Assembly: GCF_001194135.2 (NCBI RefSeq)
Contig: NC_068984.1
Coordinates: forward strand, 32,237,978 to 32,301,977
Reading direction: 5' to 3'
Source: Octopus bimaculoides
Lineage: Eukaryota
Length of the DNA stretch: 64,000 nucleotides
Part shown: positions 39,130-50,630 of the stretch, one piece after another
How positions within the stretch are numbered: position 1 is the first letter of the stretch
How the letters are laid out: each line of letters begins with the position of its first letter
Translations under genes and position numbers: made by a program
Notes under the pieces: model-generated
What the model saw: only the letters and a program-made list of their open reading frames with translations
What the model was told of the DNA's origin: nothing
Database searches by the model: none

Positions 39130-39375
39130 TTCTTTCCCCTCCTCCACCTCTTCTTGTTTCTCCTCCTCTTCCACCTCTGTACCCTCTTTCTCCTCTTCTA
39201 TCTCTATATCCTCCTTCTCCTCCTCTATCACCACTTCCTCCTCCTCCTCCACCACCACCTTGTCCTCCTCATCCTCCTTGTCATCATTGTTGTCGTCGTC
39301 ATTGCTGTTGTCATTGTTATCGTTGTCATTATCTTCGTCGTTGTCCACCTCCTCCTCCTCCTCATCATCATCATC
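39130..39375. repeat. (TCC)n/(TCA,TTG)n low-complexity tract
   Basis: Gives poly-Ser and poly-Glu/Asp ORFs with no flanking domain. Confidence 0.85.
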
Positions 39376-39560
39376 GTTTGATATCTATTTTCCATGCTAG
39401 TATTAGCTGGATGGTTTGATAAGATATGGCAAGCTGCAGGACTGCATCAAGCTCCAATGTCAGCTAGATAACCTTCTTAATGCCAACCATTTTACAGTGT
39501 GAACTGGGTGTTTTTTTAAGCAATTGGTACTGATGAGGTCAGCAAGTAACTTGCAAAACA
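39360..39560 (-). mobile_element. RTE-type LINE tail
   Basis: tcatcatc...tttccatgctag...ggatggtttga...aatgccaaccat...cttgcaa. Confidence 0.65.
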
Positions 39561-42424
39561 GGAAGAAAAGAGGAAAAAGAAAAGCCCCTACACTATAGGA
39601 GGAGAATATTTGAGAGTTGAAGGTGGCTGAGGGTGGCTTTACCTCAGGTGTTTAGAAGCTAAAGTTTGACAGAGGGTCAAGTATGAACATTTTATGAAAG
39701 ACAAGATACATGGTTGTTCCTTATTATATAAAGATATTAATATCAATCTCTGGACAAAGAAGAATGGGGAACAATGCTGAATGATTTTGATTTCTTTACC
39801 ATCATCAGCAGAAATTTGGATTAATTACAAAAAAGTTTTTTACTCAGTCCTGTTAGACCACTTTATCAAAATTTAGTGGTGAACTGTTTTAAAACAATCA
39901 AAAATGTCACAGACAGTTGTTATTAAGTCCAATAAAATACCGTATTTGTAATCTTTACTGCCTTCAAAATTTGACATGAATATTTCATAATATTGTAACA
40001 TTTCGTTTTTCACTTTATATATGTATTGTTCTTGAAATAGTGAATATACAAACAATATAAAGAAAAGAAAGAAACAATCTCATCTGTCACCTTTTCTTCA
40101 TGGACAATCTTGAATGATATGCTTCAGCTAATATTCAAGTTGAGAATCTCCTCAGTAAATCAAAGTTTGGTGATGATTTTAAAGTGTTCCTTACATAATT
40201 CAAGAACAATTTGATGAAGTAGACTGGCAAGGTAGACAGACTATTTGGAATTCTATTGAAACCAAAATTACAAAGGCTGAATAATTCCAATTTCTGTAGT
40301 TATTTGGCTGCGATAAAATTGTATGTGAAAGTTGTACAAAATGAAAATGTGGAACAAATATTCTGAAACTAAAATATTCTAAAACTCATTTAGATATCGA
40401 AGCATCATCATTGTCATAATAACATTTGCAATAGGTAGTATGCCTAACACAATATACTTCTCATTTTAATAGTAGCATTCAATTGTTTAGTACCTTGTCT
40501 TTAGTGACGGTTGTTCTGCTGTAAGCATTTGAATCAATAACTCATGGTCCACTTTAGGATTATTTCTTTTTATTTTCTTCAACTATTGATCTACTTACCT
40601 GCAGTTCTTCCTGAGTCACATAAATTTCACAGGTCTGCAAAAATCATGGTGAAACCTACAAGGAAGATGAACAGCATCTCTTCACTTCTGACTAATTCAT
40701 TAATACTTATTCCATGAATTTCTTCCAGACTCTAATTACTTCCCTTCATAAAATGCCTTTATCAATAAATCTCAAATTATGTCATGCTGAAGGTTTATAA
40801 AAAGAATGAAAAAGTGCTGTACATGACCATCACTGACTAAAGATTTTAAGACCTATGTAGTAAGTAAACAACAAAGAAATTAAATGTTTATACAGTATGC
40901 ACCATTTACTTAATTACTTAATTTCAAATTTGAGTTTCTAATCCCACCAAAATAGTTTTAAAACTGATTATCTCCTTTGTATTAACTGTCCACTAGAGAC
41001 AACACACATACAGTAAATTGTTTTGTTGGCTTGGACTGGAAGATGAGTCATAGTAATTACAATCTTAAATATGACAAGTTAACTGACATCTAGTGACTGT
41101 ATATTCCATGAAGAAAATATACCAGTCTCTTTTATTGCTCAATATTTTTTAAACTAGCATAAAGCTGTATACATAAATACATGTGTTGTTGGTAACCTCA
41201 GGCAAGCCTTTATCAGTAAACATATGAAAAGACCATTTAGTTTTTGTTTCAGATATAATGCATCTAGGACTACATTATACAATATGTCCGTCATTTCAAA
41301 GATGGTGGTGTTATTCAAGGAAAATTTAGCTACTTTTTCTTGCAAGTTTAGTGAGTATATAGTTGTTCTACTACTAACTTGTAACTATTTTTGACTATAA
41401 TTTTACTAAAAGTATTAAATCCAACATCATACTAAAGCAGGGAAATTTTCCCAATAAAATTAACTAGATTTTGAAATGCCAAAATCTAAAACTAAGGCAA
41501 TAAAAATTAATAAACAAGCCTTAATAAACAACAATAATGTGTGGCCTTATATGGTCAATACTTCCATGTACTGCAGGCAGCAATTAATGATACAGAAATG
41601 ACCCTCGCCTGGTTGAACAAATCATGCCTAAATAGCTTCATACATGTAACAACATTTGCCATAGCAGAACAGACCATACTATAAAATACATTAAGAAGAA
41701 TATCAATAATTCCCATAATATTCATGACAAATGTCTATATAGCCTGAAATAATACACCATGTTGTGTAAGAATATCCAATATTATCTTTCACCCATAGAC
41801 TTGGATACGTAATAATGCTTCAAAATTTCTCTATGTACTCGGGGCAAGAAGGTACATGACCTAGTGGTAAGTCAATTGGGGTTTTGATCATAAAACTTAA
41901 GGTTCAAATCCCAGTCCAAGAAGCACAAAATACTTTTTGGAAAGGCACTTTATTTCATGTTGTGCTAGCCTACTCGTGTGGCAAAGCCTAGATTGAGAGA
42001 ACATCTGAACAGCATCAGATTAGAGTAGCAGCAATAATGAGTCAGTGGCTTGATCAAAATCTTCATGTATAAAGAGAGATACATCCAGCAATGGACTGTT
42101 GTATTCTATCATTAAATTTCACTCATTGCATCAAGTCATATAATTTTAGCTCTTTGAAAAGAAATTTCTATGTATTTATACGAAGTTCAACTTGTTTTTT
42201 TTTTTTAAATGGCTTACAAAACTACTACAAAAGTATATCATACCAGCTGGACACATGGCAAAAAATTATTTTAATAAAGGCTATAGAAAGACCGGTAGCA
42301 TAAAGTAGTTGTCAGTATGTGGTACTGACCTGAGAACTTATTCAGCTATAGCCTTAAGTCTCAAAAAAGCTTGTGAGTAGATTTGGTAGACAGAAACTTA
42401 AAGAAGCCTGTTACATATACATGC

Positions 42425-43440
42425 ATGGAATATCCCAGTGAAGACCTCAATAAAATGTAAGCACAAGAGACCTGAGAAAGAGAGTTGGGATAGTGAAGAG
42501 AAACTGTTTACAATTGTGGAATTTAGCTGCCCAGTGGATGTTAACATAAAGCTGAAGATCAGCGGAGAAAAGAATACCTACGCTGAACGATTGAGAAATT
42601 TGCTGTTACTCGATCCAGATTACAAGTTCAGGTTTATACCTGTAATTATTGGGACTCTAGGATATGCAATACATTGCCTAAATACCAATCTTGGGAAATT
42701 AGTTTTCTCAAAACCAGAAAGGAGAAAACTAATTCGAAGACTACCGATCCAATCCATCACTGGAACTGTAAAAATCTGTAAACTTTTTTCAGAAATTTAT
42801 CATTTATATATGTATGAGCTTACTCATTTACTCTTTTACTTATTTCAGTCATTTGACTGCAGCCATGCTGGAGCACCACCTTTAGTCGAAGAAATTGACC
42901 CCAGGACTTATTCTTTGTAAGCCTAGTACTTATTCTATCAGTCACTTTTTGCCGAACCACTAAGTCACGGGGACATAAACGCACCAGCACCGGTTGTCAA
43001 GCGATGTTAGAGGACAAACACAGATACACAACCATATACACACACATACATATATATATATATGCATATATACGACAGGTTTCTTTCAGTTTCCATCTAC
43101 TAAATCCACTCACAAAGCTTTGGTCAGCCCGAGGCTATAGTAGAAGACACTTGCCCAAGGTGCCAAGCAGTGGGACTGAACCCGGAACCATGTGGTTGGT
43201 AACCAAGCTACTTAGCACACAGTCACTTTTGTGCCTATTAGATATGCAACTACATGCATGAGAATATATACATAAAGCAAAATATACAAATCTGCACATA
43301 TACATACACACATACATACAAACAAAAAATACCCTGTTGTTGATGTTGAAATTCCAGTGAAGGGGCCTTGAATCTAGGTTAGAAACCAACTCTTTCTCTA
43401 TTGGCAAGAAATCTTGAAATAATCTGAACAATGACATAAA
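42425..43440 (+). mobile_element. R4/Dong-like (restriction-like endonuclease) LINE 3' end, with a SINE inserted in its 3' UTR
   Basis: WNIPVKTSIKCKHKRPE..WDSEEKLFTIVEFSCPVDVNIKLKI..KNTYAE...FRFIPVIIGTLG...LIRRLPIQSITGTVKICK is the typical RPD...E-x-S/CP RLE domain. The 3' UTR resumes at about 43240 and matches the reverse complement of 50367-50600. Confidence 0.8.
42820..43236 (-). mobile_element. full-length OR-like SINE
   Basis: Reverse complement of the 12535-12966 family. Confidence 0.9.
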
Positions 43441-43449
43441 TATACACAC

Positions 43450-43481
<32 letters not shown>

Positions 43482-43489
43482 TCAATCAT

Positions 43490-44635
43490 CATCCTCATTA
43501 TCATCATTTAATATATTTTCCATACTGGCATGTTTTGGATGACTTGACACGATCCAGCAAGCTGCAAGGCCACGCCAAATACCAATGTCAGCTTCGACTT
43601 ATTTTCTGTGACTGGATGCCTGTCCAAATATCAACCACTTTATAGAATGTTCTATGTTTTATTCCTGTCACTGATGCTAATGAGGTTGCTGTGTAGATTT
43701 GCAAGACAGAAAAAAACAGACAAAAAATAAAAAAAGCTTCCACTACTAAGAGAATAATACTCGAGAGGGGAAGGTGGAGGTGGGTAGCTTTATAACAGTT
43801 ATTGAAAGGCTCAAGTATAATAGAGGGACAAGCATGGGTGTTTTGCTGTAGAGGAGATGCATGGCTGAAGGAAATAAATTGAAGGTAGTGATGGGATGTT
43901 AGAGCAAATGCTCAAGGTGCAAGAAGGGAGCATAAGAAAAGCTACAGACAGTAGATCTTGGGATGAGAGAGAGAATGGACACTTTCATATGAGGGTGAGG
44001 GAAAGGATAACAGATGGTTAAAGATGGGGACAGAAGTGTATATAGTAAGTGAGGAATAATGGTAGGGGTGCAGTTGAAGGGAGATGCCAGAATGGAGAAG
44101 AGTAAGGTGAGAGATATATGAATGATTTATGAAGGAAAATATTTCAGAAAGTAGTGGAATAATGTGTTAGGTGTAGCAGTGGTGAGGGGGAGATATAGAG
44201 GTACTTAAGGGTCTACAGTTAGTGACACATAAGGATCAACAGAAGAGGTTATTGAGAAAAAAGCAAATAAGGGGGGCTTTTTTAGACTGGTATATAGTGG
44301 AGAGGAGAGAGCAGCGGCTGAAGACACATCAACGAGGTGATTGGTAGAAATAGCATTAGCAGGAATAAGAATAAGCAATGGAAGTGATTTCCATGGTGCA
44401 GAGGAGGAGGGAAGGAGGTACTTGGGTGATTACAGTAGTCAAAGCCTCCAGAGTATTTGAGAGGGTCAGCTTCCTATGTATCCCAGGTCTTCAAGGCACC
44501 TATTCATCTTCCACATACAAATGCTCCTGTCTTTGTTAAGCTTCTTGTGACTCCACTGCACCTCTTATGTGTCCATAACTTTCACTGGGTACACCATATG
44601 AAATTCCTCGGTACACCGTTCCTACTTATTGATAC
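43490..44635 (-). mobile_element. RTE LINE remnant: RT Cys/His insert, long pyrimidine-rich 3' region and tail
   Basis: RNGVPRNFIWCTQ*KLWTHKRCSG..RSLT...FVCGR at 44440-44635; tail near 43490-43700. Confidence 0.7.
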
Positions 44636-44849
44636 ACATATACATACATATATATATATGACTGTCTGTTTGCAAGAATGTTTTTCTTTGAGTTTTATTT
44701 GTTCTTCAGGGAGTTCAAGCTGGTCGCTACCAAATGACAAGACTTTTTGAGCTGAGAGAGTTCGCAGCATTTGTAAATATGTGGTTGAGTTGATGTGTTG
44801 GTCGAACTGTCAATGCATACACAGGGTTTGTGCCTCTATTCACATAAGA

Positions 44850-45150
44850 ATCACAGATGGAGAATTTCGGGAATGTCTTACAAATCTTCACTGTGCTACT
44901 AATAGATTAGGTCTGGAGAATCTGCATCAGTTTGTTTTGCTCTTTCTCTGTGGAACTGAGCATTTCTATGTTTTTGTGAAGATCCTTCACTAGCTATTAA
45001 GTGATAGTTGTAAAAAATTATGACCATCATACAAGCAGTGTCATTCCTTTGCAATTTTCCTCGCAAACATGTCCTGTCATGAGGAAATAATAATGATGGT
45101 TGTCTCCCTTAGTCTGAGAAAGATGGTTCTGCTATTTCTTGTTGAACAAC
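44850..45150 (-). mobile_element. divergent R4/Dong-like LINE C-terminal relic
   Basis: DLHKNIEMLSSTEKEQNKLMQILQT*SISSTVKICKTFPKF parallels the end of the 42425 ORF. Confidence 0.55.
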
Positions 45151-45179
45151 CTCCACAAATGATTTGTTTATAGTGGTCA

Positions 45180-45398
45180 GCGGTCTTTTGTTGTACATCA
45201 GCTCACTCCATCTATCAAATCAATGTTGCCTGAGCAGGAGTACAGTGTACTACATATCAGATGTCGAATTGATCACAGGGCAAGTTTAGATGAAATGTTT
45301 TTCCCAAGAACACAATGCACCACCCAGTCCAGAAATTGAAACCTTGTTCTTGTGAATGTGAATGCAAAACTCTAACCACTAGGTCATATGCCCTTACC
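45180..45398 (-). mobile_element. decayed tRNA-derived SINE
   Basis: cccaagaacacaatgcacc...aattgaaacc...ctaaccactaggtcatatgcc (reverse tRNA-like head). Confidence 0.55.
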
Positions 45399-45419
45399 AT
45401 GAAAAAATATTACACTGCA

Positions 45420-45530
45420 TTCAGGCAAGAATTTTTGACCAGAAGGGCATCCAGCACACATAAAGTCTATTCCAAGAAATCTCATCTGCCCCATGCAGGT
45501 ATGGAAAAGTGGACATTAAACTGATGATGA
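45420..45530 (+). mobile_element. RTE-type tail fragment
   Basis: agaagggcatccagc...cccatgcaggtatggaaaagtggacattaaactgatgatg. Confidence 0.65.
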
Positions 45531-46134
45531 ATGATGAGAGATATGAACTCTATGTTGAAGCAATATATTCCATTGCATTAACTTTAACTTCCTTCTGTTT
45601 GGTACGTTCTCTGTTTTAATTTAATAATATTGATGATGATTATAATAATCATAACTTATGTGTTGAAGAAGTCCAAATGTTGTAAGGAAGATGCATTATC
45701 GATTTGTGTGAGATGGTGATGAGCTTGCTGAAAATGACATTTGCCATTCTCCAAAGTAATTTCAAAACAAGAAAATATCTGGAAATATCTTTTCCCATAT
45801 TTTATAGTTTCTTACAAAAACACAGCAAAAGATGCCAGACAGTCTTGACTGATCAATTTAGTTTTGCTTCACATTTATAAACTACCTGAAACATATGTCA
45901 GCTAAGCAGAAATCCATAATTAATTTTACTGCCGGCAAATATATTTTTGAAATTAAAAATGAATGAATCAAAATAGCATGTTTGCTGTTAACCTCAAGCA
46001 AAATCCATTGAGAATGATCATTAAAATGTGGAATTGGATGTATTATTGAGGCAGTTTTCTTCATACCTAACAAATTTTGGTAAAATACTGATCTAATTGA
46101 TTTATATCTTTTGTCTTTTAGTTGTTTCAATCAT

Positions 46135-46765
46135 TAAACTATGGCCATGCTGGGCTATATTGAAGAATTTTTAGTTGAATGAATCGACCTCAGTACTTGA
46201 CTTTTTTTAAAGCTGGGTATTCTTTTGGTGAACTGCTAATATACAGAGACATAAATAGACCAACATTGGTTGTCAAGTGGTTGTTAAGGGACAAATTCAA
46301 TGCAAAGACATACACACTCACACACACACACGCACACACACACACACACACTTAGGAGCACTCCGTCGGTTATGACGACGAGGGTCCAAGCGGATACAAT
46401 CCACAGATACATGCACCCCTAACATAGTTCTCAGGGAGATTCAGTGTGACACAGAATGTGACAAAGCCGGCCCTTTGAAATACAAGTACTACTCATTTTT
46501 GCCAGCTGAGTGGACTGGAGCAACGTGAAATAAAGTGTCTTGCTCAAGAACACGTGTTGCCGGGAATTGAACTCATGACCTTACTCACACACATAACAGG
46601 TTTCTTTCAGTTTCCATCTATCAAATAAATTTGCAAGTTTTTGTTGACCTGAGGCTTTAGTTGAAGACACTTGCCTAAGGTGCAATGCAGTGAGACTGAA
46701 CCTAGAACCATGTAATTGGGAAGCAAGCTTCTTACCAAACAGTCAAACTCGTGCTTATAATATAT
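46135..46765 (-). mobile_element. OR-like SINE with a third-family SINE nested in its (CA)n tract
   Basis: Host halves at 46135-46351 and 46584-46765; insert 46352-46583 (ttaggagcactccgtcgg...gggaattgaactcatgacc). Confidence 0.8.
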
Positions 46766-49094
46766 TTGTAATTCTATTTCATTTCTGAATGTTAGTAAAA
46801 TACCATTAATGTGGAGTTGATTCAGTTAACCATGGTTTTGAGCCACACAAAAATATTTGTAACTATAAGCAACTTATAAAATGAAATAGTAACACCAAAT
46901 AAAGATATAACATATATTACTGAGGATCTTAGCCATTTTAATACTGAATTAATTTCACCTACATAATTCACATTTTACAGTTACTTATGCATTGGTTTAG
47001 CTAAGAATAATATCATTTGGAATCAAAGTTTGAAGAAATATTTCTCTTCTCATTGTATGTGAATGCTTGTATTCAGTGGTTCCTTTAATGTGAAATTGCT
47101 ATGAAAAATTACAGTTAGTTGAGAAAGTACTAAACATAATTTCTAGAATTCTCTCTCAGAATCTAATTGAAATACCTCCAGCTTTCTTTGTCATATTTTT
47201 CAAATTTAATCTGAATGAAGGAAATGTATAATATTTCCATTCAAATAACTTCTAATGGGAATAACATGACGATATGGTAGGAATTAGATAGTTGACAAGG
47301 GAAGGAATAGCATTTATCAAATAATAATTGGAAAAATTAAGTACACATAAATTCCTTATTGATGAAGAATTTGCCACCATTATCAAAGTAATATCTCAAT
47401 TTATAGAAAATAACATTCTTATGAAAATTCTGCCATATAATTAATGGCATGCTATAGATTTTGAAATTCCTTTGGAGGAACTTGTTATTATGACATAGTA
47501 ATATTGAGAGAATTTTCCTAATATGAAAATTGTGATTGTTAAAGTTAATACCAGATTTCAATTTCTTTAGCTTTATAGAGGAACACAGCATTCAATTATC
47601 TGAAATTGTAATTCAGTAGATACACAGGAAGTAAAATCATTAAAATTACTACCAAAAAAATCAGCTATGCATCATTTAATTTAACATTTTTATTTAATCT
47701 CTTTTTGCCAGTTTCAAAATAAAATTCAACGGAGCTTGAAAGATTTACTATATGTTTTCTTTATCATTTCGATTTTATTTTTGTCAAGTGAATATTAACA
47801 GATGGTTGTTTGTTTATTTCTCATCAATATACAACAATTGCATACTACACTATATTTCTTTAATTGAACATGATTCCCTGAATGGATGACAACAGTTTAA
47901 TGAAAGAGATGTGCATGTTGGTGTCAGGCTCTTGAAATTTCGAACAGAGTGAGGCTAGAAGTGGTAATGAATAACTAAATGTATAAGTAGCAGTCTTCTA
48001 CAATAATAGTACACTGGTAAAGGAAAAAAGTGGTTGTTACGAATTCTAAAAGCAAACTGAAGTAAATATAAAGAGAAGACTTTTGAAAACAAAGACTATA
48101 AGAATATTACACAAACTCTGAATGCTGCATACATTTCTTTCAAAGCAAAATATCAGCTGGCTCGGAGAACATATTTCCTTGTTAAGATATTGAAAGAATA
48201 AAAATACAAAAGAATTTTTAAATGTGCTATTTACAGATGAAATAAAAAAAAATCTTGCTGTATCTTTTATTTGTGGCACTGTACAAAGTGTATGTATATG
48301 TTAGCGATACAAAATAATCCAAAGCTTTTTGAATATCTTGTAATTCATTATTAAGTATCTAACTCAATGCCATATGCTGCAAACTCCTATTATGAAAAAG
48401 TTTCTAAGAGCTTTGGTATCTTTAATAAAATATGTACTTCACTTTGAGAATGTAGTGCTCTTTAAAAATATATTCTTTGATAAAAATAAATATTTTGTTA
48501 TTCCTGAATCAAGAAGACAAAATGCAACATATTTCTTTCCTCTTTTTCTATTAGTATCATTTCATTGAATTTTTGTACATATTCACAATACATTCAAGGA
48601 AACAGAAATTTCAACCTTAATTATTTTCACAAGGAAAAAAAAAATGAGAGAAATTATCATGAAAATGAAAGACTGTATTCTTTCATATTTTGCAGATTTC
48701 GCTCATTGAAAAACAACCATGTCGAATCATACCTTTCGGGAATGGTGAGACTGATATGATCTGTATGTGAAGCTGTATGTATACTTTTAAGATTAATAAC
48801 TATAAAAATGTATAATAAACCAGAAATGGAATTCAGTACCTCAAAAGAAAAAAAAAAAAATAGAATACACTTCTAAATTAGTAGAATAGTAAGCTGGATT
48901 ATAATACTAAGGAACCCACAGGAACTGTAACTTATTTTAAGGCCGAACCCAGTCATAAATATCTAACTGGCCAAGGTAATCTTTAGGTCATGAGGAAATA
49001 CAACTATTTATAGTAACAGCAACACCACTTAAAGGATTCCTATTCGGTCAGTCTCATAGTTTTCTTCAGAAGATCTGCAAATAGCAGTAAACAA

Positions 49095-49183
49095 TGGACC
49101 CTGAAGAAGCTACATCAACACTTAACACCAAGATGCACACTTGACAGTGTACAATGGTTGGAGCCAAAACATGCGTAGGTCCA
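49095..49183 (+). ncRNA. degenerate type I hammerhead motif with long helix II (PLE-like)
   Basis: tggacc-CTGAAGA-[long structured helix II]-AAAA(for GAAA)-c atgc g-TA-ggtcca. Helix I is a perfect 6 bp. Confidence 0.55.
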
Positions 49184-49579
49184 AGCAAAGAATAATATAA
49201 ATAACTATGATAAAATATGGATGTGCAAATCTCTGTTCACCTTCAATAATTTCATTATATATACATATATAATGACTTCGATAACACAAGAGTAAACAAG
49301 AGAGACACAAACAAAGCAGTAACAAGGAAAATGCCTCTTGTATTTGAACTCTATGCAAATATTCTTTTAAAAAAACTTTTCTTTTAATTTTTCCAAAATT
49401 TAATTGTTTTCTATACTTACAGTTGAAAAAGTCTCAATGACTGAAAGCAGTACTAAAATGTTTTTTATAAAATTATTTTAGCATTTTCTACCTTGACTTT
49501 TTTTCCATACATATCAACTTATGTGTCCTTTTCAACCTTCTACACACACACACACACATATATATATAAATATATATGA

Positions 49580-50364
49580 CGAGAGAACAAGAAATTGTCA
49601 TGAACTTCATTAGCTTACAGCTGTGTCTTCTATAAGGTGCAATGTACTCATAGCTGAGAGTTTGCATATCACTTTATAGCAATTCTATAGCACCAGCTTT
49701 CGCCACCTTTCATGACCTTCAAAAAAAGGTCTGGATCGACTTCCCACTGTTCTTCCAGTTTATGACTGCTTTCAGTCCTGACTGTTTTTAATCTTCTGTG
49801 AGCAAACAAGGCTCAAATTTTGCTGCAACACTTTTTGTTCACAATTCCTCACTCAAAATTCATAGGCAGGAGCTCCAGGACACATCAGTCATATCAACAA
49901 GTTTGTCAATTGTTCGGTGATGGTCCTCTAATATCAGTTCATGAATTTTTATGATGTTCTCATTCATTGGGGGGTTGAATGATACCCTGAACAATTGGTC
50001 TTCAAGCAACAAGTGACCATTCCTAAAGCATGAAAACTACTTATAAACTTATGTTTTTTTCATGGCAGCATTCTTGTAGCTGCTTAAGCATGACAACTGT
50101 TTCAGCTGCCATTTTCCCCAGAAGGAAACAGAATCTCATGGAAGCATACTTTCCCTTCGTTTCAGCCATTGCAAAAATCAATGAACAGGAGAGAAGCACT
50201 GAAAAACAAAGACACACCACATGGCAGTAGGGCACCACTAGATAATGCTGGTTGGCAGACTAATGCCTGAGGGTCACATCAAGCAGCTTCTAGTGGTGGA
50301 AGGCTGAACTACAACAGGCTTGTACCACAGAGAACATTTCCAGTCACTTTTGGGTACCCAACCG
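49580..50364 (-). mobile_element. internally deleted mariner (N-terminal HTH region)
   Basis: MRFCFLLGKMAAETVVML...ENIIKIHELILEDHHRTIDKLVDMTDVSWSSC..ILSEEL..KSVAAKF. 5' end TA|cggttgggtacccaaaagtg on the minus strand at 50364. Confidence 0.8.
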
Positions 50365-50366
50365 TA

Positions 50367-50630
50367 TGTCATTATTCAGTTTTATTTCAAGAATTCTTGC
50401 CAATGGAGAAAGATTCGGTTTCTAACTTAGATCCAAGTCACCTTCATTAAAATTTCAACATCAACAACAGGGTATTTTCGTTTGTCTGTCTGTCTGTCTG
50501 TCTGTATGTATGTATGTATGTATGTATGTATGCAGATTTGTATATTTTGTTTTATGTATGTCTTCTCATGCATATACTTGTATATTTAGACATGCTCATA
50601 TATATTTAAATGATAAACTTCTGGAAAGTT
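50367..50630 (-). mobile_element. R4/Dong-like LINE extreme 3' end plus UTR
   Basis: KVYKTFQKFII*, then aaatatacaaatctgca...aaaataccctgttgttgatgttgaaatt...ttggcaagaattcttgaaata, as at 43250-43440. Confidence 0.8.

Noticed and set aside
38995-39400. Acidic 117 aa and Ser-rich 95 aa ORFs
   Set aside because: Opposite-strand readings of a (TCC)/(TCA) low-complexity tract; no domain or splice support.
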